NCBI GenBank assembly: GCA_027484965.1 | Contig: JAIXRY010000015.1 | Coordinates: forward strand, 91,807 to 155,806 | DNA length: 64,000 nucleotides | Direction of reading: 5' to 3' | Origin: a bacterium | GTDB lineage: Bacteria; Patescibacteriota; Minisyncoccia; Phycocordibacterales; UBA9973 | Shown here: positions 21,232 to 28,483 of the stretch, one piece after another | Layout: each line of letters begins with the position of its first letter | Numbering within the stretch: the first letter of the stretch is position 1 | Notes under the pieces: model-generated | Databases searched by the model: none | Told to the model about the DNA's origin: nothing | What the model saw: only the letters and a program-made list of their open reading frames with translations | Position numbers and translations under genes: made by a program

Positions 21232-21813
21232 CTAATCTAACAAAAATTTAAAATTAATCGGATTAATCCAAAATTTGAATTTGTTCCATAAAGATAATGG
21301 CTCTTTGGAAATTATTACAAATTGTGAGTCAGATGTTGCTTGTAAGTGATATAAGCCAACTCCATGTTCTCCTGCATTAATTGGAACATTTGGACAGAAT
21401 GTGTATTCTGCATAGTCTGGATAAATAACCTTAACACAATGTACTTGAGGATTAATCACAATCCTTTCGTTGTAAACATCGAAAGTGTAATCTTGTCCTT
21501 TTGTAACTGTAATCGTCTCAGAATAAGGAATATTCATTCTAATAATGAATCCGATAATTAAGATGATTATTCCTGGTCCTTTTATAAATTTCCATAAAGA
21601 AAATTTCTCAGTTTGTGTTTCAGAAGAATTGTTTACAGAATTTGTTGTCCCTGTACCTGATGTTGTGGTGGTTGTGGTAGTGTTTTGATTATCTCCACCT
21701 TGCTGATTTTGGTTTGTTGGTTTTTTGGTTATTTTATTAATCCAAAAAATTATCGCCCAAATTAGTAAAAAAAGAATAATTCCAACACTAAGCATTGTCG
21801 TCATCCTTTCCAT
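21232..21813 (-). CDS. membrane protein, possible NfeD-like partner of the SPFH protein
   Basis: Two TM segments, Thr-rich linker, C-terminal beta-rich domain; overlaps the upstream SPFH-like gene by 26 nt in the same order as qmcA-ybbJ. Confidence 0.3.
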   Translation of the reverse strand: MERMTTMLSVGIILFLLIWAIIFWINKITKKPTNQNQQGGDNQNTTTTTTTSGTGTTNSVNNSSETQTEKFSLWKFIKGPGIIILIIGFIIRMNIPYSETITVTKGQDYTFDVYNERIVINPQVHCVKVIYPDYAEYTFCPNVPINAGEHGVGLYHLQATSDSQFVIISKEPLSLWNKFKFWINPINFKFLLD

Positions 21814-22903
21814 CTAAAAGAATATTTGTACTTTTATCTCCCAATACCAATGTTTTGATTTTAGTTTCTTTTATTGCATCAGCTATAAGGATTATCTTAG
21901 TGTTAGGATTATCCTTCATTGCGTTGGCTAATTCAATTTTAGGTTTGTTTTTAGCTCTACCAACTTTTTCTTCATGATAAGCTAAACCATCAGCAGTTTT
22001 CTTTTTTTGCTTAAATTCTTCTTCAGCAATTTCTGTGTTTTTTCTAGCCTCATCTAGTTTAATCCTGGCTTCTTTTACAGCTTTGAAACTTTCATCAAGT
22101 TGGTAGCCAATAAAGTTTACCGAATTGATCCTAATACCAGTAGTATCTTCAATTTTTGGATTTCCTCCTTCACTTGAATGATCTTCGTTGATAGATAAGA
22201 TTCCTCCAATTAAATCATCGTTACTCGCAGAGCTTTTTGTTTCTGCTTTTGTTTCTTTTGTTACATCCTCTAATGATCTTCTTCCCACATATTCACGAAC
22301 CACGTCCGATACTCTTCCGGTTAGAAGAGCAAGATAATTACTTGACCCAAATAACGCTGTTCCAGCGTGAGTGAGCTCCACTCCAATTACTAGATCCATA
22401 TCAATAGCGATCTCATCTTCTGTTTCACACCCAGTAACTCTAACTGCGTAAGGATACAGTGCTTTGATTTGAGATACAGGTTCATCGCGAGGAATAAATT
22501 CATACTTCATTGTTGTCTTGTCTTTGATAGCATACTTCACCCAACTGTGTTTGTATGTGTGCTTACGATACATTGGGTATAGGTCCATCCATATAAAACC
22601 TTTGTTTGGCTTTGGGGTAAAATTAATACTACGATCAGTTTCTTTAAAAATTTCTCCTGTAGTAGGGTGTACAACTTTGCCAGAAATATTACCAATATAT
22701 TTTACTGGTGTATCTCCTTTTTTAATAACGATAACAGCTCCCGCAGGGACTGTTGTAAAAAATCTACTTTCCTTGCCATTTGCAAGATCTTCTCGCGAGA
22801 GATATTCTTGTAATAGAGGGAAGTAGTAGAAGTAGATAAGTAGGATCCCAATTATCAACCCAGTGATAATTACTGCCCAGACGATTGTGTTTATTGTTTC
22901 CAT
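21788..22903 (-). CDS. SPFH/band-7 (stomatin/flotillin-like) domain membrane protein, putative
   Basis: N-terminal TM then TVPAGAVIVIKKGD (compare IVPEGHVGVVERFGK), a conserved middle, and an Ala/Glu/Lys-rich coiled-coil C-terminus. Confidence 0.4.
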   Translation of the reverse strand: METINTIVWAVIITGLIIGILLIYFYYFPLLQEYLSREDLANGKESRFFTTVPAGAVIVIKKGDTPVKYIGNISGKVVHPTTGEIFKETDRSINFTPKPNKGFIWMDLYPMYRKHTYKHSWVKYAIKDKTTMKYEFIPRDEPVSQIKALYPYAVRVTGCETEDEIAIDMDLVIGVELTHAGTALFGSSNYLALLTGRVSDVVREYVGRRSLEDVTKETKAETKSSASNDDLIGGILSINEDHSSEGGNPKIEDTTGIRINSVNFIGYQLDESFKAVKEARIKLDEARKNTEIAEEEFKQKKKTADGLAYHEEKVGRAKNKPKIELANAMKDNPNTKIILIADAIKETKIKTLVLGDKSTNILLDGKDDDNA

Positions 22904-22966
22904 TTTTTTGTCAATTTTGTTTTAATATATTATACACCTTTTATATAAAAAAGTCAAGGAGTTCTC

Positions 22967-23060
22967 GGATTTACTTTCTGGAAGCACACGTAAAATCGTG
23001 CTCGATTTTCTGCTCTGCTCGCGCCGTCGCGCTCCGCAAGGCTTCCAGAAAGTAATATCC
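22967..23060. other. structured intergenic element, candidate small ncRNA
   Basis: 19-20 bp closing stem ggatttactttctggaagc / gcttccagaaagtaatatcc enclosing inner hairpin cacg-taaaat-cgtg and a GC-rich core. Confidence 0.25.
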
Positions 23061-23285
23061 TCGCTCGATAGTTAGTACAAAAAACCTTAATAAATAAAGT
23101 TTTAGGGGAGAGGGAGGACTTGAAACTTACAGTTTCAGTACACCTTTTGGATATTTTATTTCACTCTGTTCATAAAAGTATCTCAAAAGCTTTTCAAGTC
23201 CTACTCCTGTTTTTAGAAAAAAAACAGTTGCGTCTCCCAAGCAAAAAGTCCCTAAAAGGGACTTTTTTGTGCTGACAGGACTTTC

Positions 23286-23420
23286 CGACTACGTCGGCAG
23301 GTACTTTTCAATCTCGTAAACTCGATAATGAAAAGTCTTTCAAGTCCTCACGAAAAGTGTGCAGACATTTTTCTTCCCGAGCACAAAATAAAAAGCCTCA
23401 AAAATGAGGCTTTTTATTTT
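23286..23420. repeat. tRNA-associated palindromic repeat unit (copy 1, downstream of tRNA-Leu-TAG)
   Basis: cgac-tac-gtcg hairpin, ggtacttttcaat, ataatgaaaagtctttcaagtcc motif, gcag-loop hairpin, and inverted copy of the tRNA T-arm/acceptor (ttcaagtcctc...ttcccgagcac). Confidence 0.5.
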
Positions 23421-23503
23421 GTGCTCGGGAGAGGACTTGAACCTCCATGGATCACTCCACCTGTTCCTAAGACAGGCGCGGCTACCAATTACGCCACCCG
23501 AGC
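23421..23503 (-). tRNA. tRNA-Leu (anticodon TAG)
   Basis: Minus-strand 83-nt cloverleaf read by eye: acceptor GCTCGGG/CCCGAGC, anticodon loop CTTAGGA, long variable arm, T-loop TTCAAGT. Confidence 0.8.
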
Positions 23504-23643
23504 ATTACAATATCAATAATGATTTTGTATAGAAATAGTACCATAAGATTTATATTTTTCAAAGTGAAAGATAATCATATAATATAGACACTTTTCCACA
23601 AAATTATCTTATTAATTTACTGTGTTTATGAGACAATATAAAT

Positions 23644-26600
23644 ATGTTAAATAATTTTAAATATTTTATAACCAGAAGCTATACACTTTTTGTGGTATCT
23701 ATCTTCATCTTCACATTTTCTATATTAAAAGTATCAGCTGTATACTATCCTACAGACAACATAACTAATCCTACATGTGCACCAGGTGCAGTAGGATGTT
23801 ATGTATCTTTACTTCCTGATCAGGTAGGTAATGCAGGTAAACTTTTAATTACTAACGGTACAAATCCTTCTTGGTCCAATACTATTGGAAATGATCTTAC
23901 TATAAATACTCTGACTGTTGGCTTAGGTGGTGGAAGTGTTTCTACTAACACAGCTGTTGGTGTTGAGACATTGTTTAGTAATACTACTGGAGGTGCTAAT
24001 ACTGCTAATGGTTTTAGATCTTTAAGAGAAAATACTACAGGTGATATGAATAGTGCTCTTGGATATAATTCACTTAGATATAATACAACCGGATCTGAAA
24101 ATGTTGCTTTTGGATATAATTCAATGTTTGCCAATACTTCAGGAGGTAAGAATTCAGCTTTTGGTAAAGAAACACTTTCTAGTAATACTACAGGTACTTA
24201 TAATACTGCAATAGGATATCAATCTCTCTTGTCTAATACATCAGGTGCATACAATGTTGCAATAGGTAATAATGCGCTTGATGCAAATACTACAGGTATA
24301 AGTAATATTGGATTTGGTCATAACGCTCTAGGAGTTAACACTTCCGGCTCATACAATATTGCTTCAGGTTGGAATACTTTATCTGCAAATACTACAGGTA
24401 GTCATAATATTGCTTTTGGTTCAGACACTCTAGGTTTAAATACTACAGGTATTCAAAATATTGCACTGGGACAACAGGCGCTAGTTAATAATTTGTCTGG
24501 TCAATATAATGTTTCAATAGGGACACAGTCACTTTTTAATAATACTACCGGTGGCAACAATCTAGCTTATGGGTACTATGCTGGTTACAATAGTCAGACA
24601 GGTTCAAATAATATTTTTATTGGAGCACAAACTGGTCTTGGTATAACAACAGGTTCAAACAACACAATCATTGGTGCTAATGTTACAGGACTCTCTTCAT
24701 CTCTTTCAAATAATATTATTATTGCAGACGGTGCAGGGAATCAAAGAATTAATATAGATAGTAATGGTAATGCAGAAATAGGTGGAAATATTTATTCTGC
24801 TGGTTTGAAGTGGAGTACAACAGCCCCTGTAGCTGACAGGCAATGGGTTGATGTAGGTTATGGAAATGGACTCTTTGTTGCTGTAGCTCAAGGTTCTGGA
24901 ACAGACAGAATTATGACATCTCCTGATGGTGTAAACTGGACATTGAGAACTCACTCTACTTCATCATTAAAATCAATCACTTATGGTAATGGAATATTCG
25001 TAGCGGCTGGTCATTCTGGTACCCGTTTTTTAACCTCTACAGATGGAATAACTTGGACAGCCCGTACTGGTACAGGACAATCGTTTTATGTAACTTACGG
25101 TAATGGTCTTTTTGTTGCTTCAAAAATAGATAATGCTGGGCTTAGAATTATAACATCTCCAGATGGAATAACTTGGACAGATAGAGTAACTCCTGTAGGA
25201 GCTGATAAACCTTGGGTTGGAATAACTTACGGTAATGGTCTTTTTGTTACTGTGGCTGAGACGAATGGAACACAGTCTATTATGACATCTCCAGATGGTA
25301 TAAACTGGACACTACAGACACACCCATCTGTTTCTTCTGGTGGATTTGAAAACGTTGCTTATGGTGATGGTAAATTTGTAGCTGTCGGTATTGGTGGTTT
25401 AGTTATGACATCTCCAGACGGAGTAAACTGGACACAACAGTCTTTCCCAAATGCAGCCCTTCTTTATCGAATAACTTATGCTGAGGGCATGTTTGTTACA
25501 GCTGGAGCTTTCTCTACAACAAACAACAATATTTATACTTCACCTGATGGTATAACTTGGACAACAAGAGTTGTTCCTAAAAATGATTGGGCTGGAGTTG
25601 CTTATGGTAATGGACGTTTTGTAATGGTTGCCTTTTCTGGAACTCTCGGTAGTCGTGTTGCATACTCTGGTAAAATGTCTACACTAGACACTTTAACAGC
25701 AAATATATTCCACGGTAATCATTTCTTTACTGCTAACATCGGCATCGGCACAACCTCTCCCTTCGGCAAACTCGACGTTGCAGGCTCATCATCAAGTACA
25801 GACTTAGTAGCATTCGACACAAACAGAAGTATCTCTGTAATCAACACAAACACTACAACAAACAACGCACAAGGTATAGCACTCCGTTCATATGGTACAG
25901 ACGGAACAACTATCCAATCAGGTGTAAAACTCCTTGCAGTTAACACAGCAAGAACAGCTACAACAATAACTTCTGATCTTGCAATCCTTACCAACAATGC
26001 TGGTACGATAAGTGAGAAGATGCGTATTCTTGCAAATGGAAAAGTAAATATTGGAACGGGTAATGTTTATAATACTGATTCAAATACTCTTCTGAATGTT
26101 TATGGTAATATGGGGGTTGTTAGAGCTAATAATCCTGCCTCTGTTTTTGTAGGAAGAACTCAATCAGGAGGACTTCCTACAGCTAGTGCTACATTAGGTA
26201 GTCTCGGAGCTGCGCTTTTTGATGGGACAAATTGGGTGGCTGGTGGTAATAGATTTGCTTTCTTTGCTGCAGAAAACTGGACAAATAGTGCGCAAGGCAC
26301 TTGGATGAGATATGCAAGTGTTCCAGTGGGTTCGAATGCATCTGTTAATATTTTAGAAATAACACCTTCAGGACAATTTAATTTTGGTACAAGCACTCTC
26401 TATCCAGCTCTCACAGAAACATCTCGATTGATGGTTAATGGTCTAGGTTCAACATCATCTACATTTACAGCTCAATTTCATAATTCAACAGGAACTTCAA
26501 ATTCTTTAGTTGTTCGTGATGATGGTAGAGTAGGTATAGGAAACAACGCTCCATCACACACCCTCCACGTCGGCTCAGGCTCTGTAGTCGGCATCGTCTC

Positions 26601-27264
26601 CCGCTTCCAAAACAGTACCGGAACCTGTGACATCAACCCAACAACAACATCACTCTCATGTAGTTCAGATATCAACCTCAAGAAGAACATCACAACTCTA
26701 AAAGATAATCAACCTTTCGTACTAAACTCTCAAACTCCAGATACAAATGTCCTTAAGAATCTAAACAAACTAACACCAGTTATCTACAACTGGACTACAG
26801 AACAAGACACAGCTACAAAACAAACAGGATTCATCGCACAAGACGTAGAACAAATCTTCCCATCTCTTGTATCTACAGACCCTACAACAAACCTCAAGTC
26901 TCTTAACTACATAGGTCTCATCCCATATGCTATAGAAGGTATTAAAGAGTTAGATATCAAGGTTAATCAGTTGAGTTCTTTGGATGATACAGTTGAAGGA
27001 ACATTTGCTTCATTGATAAAATCATATTTATCTAATGCTACAAATCGTATAACTCGTATATTTACAGGAGAAGTTTGTTTGACTGATAGTGATGGAAGTT
27101 CTGAATGTTTGAACAAACAAGAACTACACCAGTTGAAGCAATTGCTTAATAATCAAGGAGTATCAAATAATACTAGTAATCCTGTAGTAGAAGAAGAAGT
27201 TGTAATTCCTGATGAGCCTGCAATTACACCTGAAAATCCTGTAATAGAAGAAGTAATTGAATAA
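23644..27264 (+). CDS. giant tail-fibre-like surface protein with C-terminal peptidase S74 intramolecular-chaperone domain
   Basis: 1206 aa. N-terminal signal anchor; about 20 repeats of a 14-15 aa N-x-A-x-G unit, Hep_Hag/tail-fibre-like; eight V-x-YGNGLFVAV...IMTSPDG(V/I)NWT Asp-box-like propeller repeats; C-terminal SSDINLKKNI...TGFIAQDVEQIFPSLV...LNYIGLIPYAIEGIKELDIKVNQL matches the auto-cleaving chaperone domain of phage endosialidase/tail fibres. Confidence 0.6.
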   Translation: MLNNFKYFITRSYTLFVVSIFIFTFSILKVSAVYYPTDNITNPTCAPGAVGCYVSLLPDQVGNAGKLLITNGTNPSWSNTIGNDLTINTLTVGLGGGSVSTNTAVGVETLFSNTTGGANTANGFRSLRENTTGDMNSALGYNSLRYNTTGSENVAFGYNSMFANTSGGKNSAFGKETLSSNTTGTYNTAIGYQSLLSNTSGAYNVAIGNNALDANTTGISNIGFGHNALGVNTSGSYNIASGWNTLSANTTGSHNIAFGSDTLGLNTTGIQNIALGQQALVNNLSGQYNVSIGTQSLFNNTTGGNNLAYGYYAGYNSQTGSNNIFIGAQTGLGITTGSNNTIIGANVTGLSSSLSNNIIIADGAGNQRINIDSNGNAEIGGNIYSAGLKWSTTAPVADRQWVDVGYGNGLFVAVAQGSGTDRIMTSPDGVNWTLRTHSTSSLKSITYGNGIFVAAGHSGTRFLTSTDGITWTARTGTGQSFYVTYGNGLFVASKIDNAGLRIITSPDGITWTDRVTPVGADKPWVGITYGNGLFVTVAETNGTQSIMTSPDGINWTLQTHPSVSSGGFENVAYGDGKFVAVGIGGLVMTSPDGVNWTQQSFPNAALLYRITYAEGMFVTAGAFSTTNNNIYTSPDGITWTTRVVPKNDWAGVAYGNGRFVMVAFSGTLGSRVAYSGKMSTLDTLTANIFHGNHFFTANIGIGTTSPFGKLDVAGSSSSTDLVAFDTNRSISVINTNTTTNNAQGIALRSYGTDGTTIQSGVKLLAVNTARTATTITSDLAILTNNAGTISEKMRILANGKVNIGTGNVYNTDSNTLLNVYGNMGVVRANNPASVFVGRTQSGGLPTASATLGSLGAALFDGTNWVAGGNRFAFFAAENWTNSAQGTWMRYASVPVGSNASVNILEITPSGQFNFGTSTLYPALTETSRLMVNGLGSTSSTFTAQFHNSTGTSNSLVVRDDGRVGIGNNAPSHTLHVGSGSVVGIVSRFQNSTGTCDINPTTTSLSCSSDINLKKNITTLKDNQPFVLNSQTPDTNVLKNLNKLTPVIYNWTTEQDTATKQTGFIAQDVEQIFPSLVSTDPTTNLKSLNYIGLIPYAIEGIKELDIKVNQLSSLDDTVEGTFASLIKSYLSNATNRITRIFTGEVCLTDSDGSSECLNKQELHQLKQLLNNQGVSNNTSNPVVEEEVVIPDEPAITPENPVIEEVIE

Positions 27265-27329
27265 TATAAATTAAGTCTCAGTAGGGATCTTTCGTTACAC
27301 GAACAGTAGACCTTTTGCATTTATTTAAA

Positions 27330-27445
27330 TCATAGATTTTCATAAATAAGCAAAAGCTTTTCGATCCCTACACGCATATGAAGCAGTTCATATGCTTGAG
27401 GGGACAAAAAAACAAAAACACCAATTTGGTGTTTTTGTTTTTTTG
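27330..27445. repeat. tRNA-associated palindromic repeat unit (copy 2, downstream of tRNA-Lys)
   Basis: aaaagcttttcgatccctac + gcatatgaa-gcag-ttcatatgc hairpin + ttgaggggac(a)n ... tgtcccctca long palindrome ending inside the tRNA acceptor. Confidence 0.5.
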
Positions 27446-27518
27446 TCCCCTCAGTAGGGATCGAACCTACGACATTCTCCTTAAGAGGGAGCTACTCTAC
27501 CAGCTGAGTTATGAGGGG
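27446..27518 (-). tRNA. tRNA-Lys (anticodon CTT)
   Basis: Minus strand; acceptor CCCCTCA/TGAGGGG (unusual C1-G72), D-loop AGCTGGTA, anticodon loop CTCTTAA, T-loop TTCGATC. Confidence 0.7.
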
Positions 27519-27628
27519 TCTTATATTATATTTTAAAACTTACTTTTACCCCACAATTCTTTTGTTGAAGCCACTACAGCTGAGTTATGAGGGGATTATA
27601 TTAAAAAAAATATGAAGGGGTCTCGCCT

Positions 27629-27727
27629 TAATGAAAAGTCTTTTGAAGCCCATCAAGGCAATAAGCTGGGCACCTGTGGACGGTCTTGGGCACAAAGTAA
27701 ATAAACCTAGAAGGTTTATTTACTTTG
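27629..27727. repeat. tRNA-associated palindromic repeat unit (copy 3, downstream of tRNA-Leu-TAA)
   Basis: aatgaaaagtcttttgaagccc motif then gcacaaagtaaataaacc-taga-aggtttatttactttgtgc hairpin running into the tRNA 3' end. Confidence 0.5.
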
Positions 27728-27809
27728 TGCCCAGAGTGGGGGTCGAACCCACATCCCTTGCGAGACACGATTTTAAGTCGTGCGCGTATACCAATTCCGC
27801 CATCCGGGC
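27728..27809 (-). tRNA. tRNA-Leu (anticodon TAA)
   Basis: Minus strand; acceptor GCCCGGA/TCTGGGC, anticodon loop CTTAAAA, long variable arm, T-loop TTCGACC. Confidence 0.8.
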
Positions 27810-27871
27810 AAATTATTTATTTTTAAATTATAGCATAAAATTCAGGGACAGGAATTAAATGGCGGGAATCT

Positions 27872-28002
27872 CGACTTACAGTCGCGGGTACTTTTCAATT
27901 TTTTACTTCATAAAAAATAATGAAAAGTCTTTCGATTCCCGCACGCAAGCAAAGCAGTTTGCTTGCTCCACGTCTCAAGAAAACCCCTAATGGGTTTTCT
28001 TG
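27872..28002. repeat. tRNA-associated palindromic repeat unit (copy 4, downstream of tRNA-Cys)
   Basis: cgact-tac-agtcg hairpin, ggtacttttcaat, ataatgaaaagtctttcgattcccgc, gcaagcaaa-gcag-tttgcttgc hairpin, ccacgtctcaagaaaacccc-taat-ggggttttcttgagacgtgg. Confidence 0.5.
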
Positions 28003-28074
28003 AGACGTGGGCGGGAATCGAACCCGCGCATGGCGGTTTTGCAGACCGCAGCGTTACCACTTCGCCACCACGTC
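28003..28074 (-). tRNA. tRNA-Cys (anticodon GCA)
   Basis: Minus strand; acceptor GACGTGG/CCACGTC, discriminator U, anticodon loop CTGCAAA, T-loop TTCGATT. Confidence 0.8.
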
Positions 28075-28107
28075 AATATTATATGTTCAATATATAATAT
28101 ATCTTAT

Positions 28108-28482
28108 TTAATCTTTTGTCACTTCTGTATCTTCTTCTGATGAGTTGTCTAAATGTGAATTGTCGTCGCGGAGTATTTGGTCAATTTTTTGCTTCATATG
28201 CTCTCCGTGATCAATCGAGACATCTAAGAAGGGAATTGTGTGAGTTTGGAGTCTCTTCTTTATTTCTTTTCTTATTTCACCTCTGTGGCGTTTTAGAAAT
28301 CCAAAAGCCGCATCTTCTTTGTCTTGAGGAAGACAGGTGAAATATATAGTCGCATTTTTTCCGTCATCAGATATTTCTGTACGAGTGATTGTAATAAGGG
28401 AAGTATTACCAGAGTTTGCTCCTATATATGAACTCGCTATTTCTTTTACGAGTATAGAGATTTTTTCGTTTCTATGTGCCAT
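28108..28482 (-). CDS. rbfA: ribosome-binding factor A
   Basis: 124 aa immediately downstream of infB, the conserved infB-rbfA order; the N-terminal KEIASSYIG...SLITITRTEISDDGKNATIYF fits RbfA. Confidence 0.6.
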   Translation of the reverse strand: MAHRNEKISILVKEIASSYIGANSGNTSLITITRTEISDDGKNATIYFTCLPQDKEDAAFGFLKRHRGEIRKEIKKRLQTHTIPFLDVSIDHGEHMKQKIDQILRDDNSHLDNSSEEDTEVTKD

Positions 28483-28483
28483 A

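Noticed and set aside
22967-23060. SRP (4.5S) RNA
   Set aside because: GGAAGCAC loosely resembles the SRP domain IV GGAAGCAG motif, but the characteristic symmetric and asymmetric loops could not be matched by eye. Left as an unassigned structured element.
23328-23519. 63-aa plus-strand ORF (MKSLSSPHEK...)
   Set aside because: It runs antisense across tRNA-Leu(TAG) and its palindromic flank; its residues, such as GLEPPW, mirror tRNA T-arm sequence. Typical tRNA-antisense ORF artefact.
23644-27264. Prophage interpretation of the fibre gene
   Set aside because: No capsid, portal, terminase, tail-tube, lysis or integrase genes are visible in the window; only the single fibre-like gene, plus a paralog 36 kb away. 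It is treated as a cellular surface protein of possible phage ancestry.
27631-27858. 75-aa plus-strand ORF (MKSLLKPIK...GVEPTS...)
   Set aside because: Antisense to tRNA-Leu(TAA); GVEPTS is the classic translation of an antisense T-arm. It starts inside the conserved AATGAAAAGTCT repeat motif.
23286-28002. Possible CRISPR array, because of the many repeated palindromes
   Set aside because: The repeats are not regularly spaced direct repeats separated by unique spacers; they are inverted, tRNA-derived and interleaved with tRNA genes. No cas genes are present.
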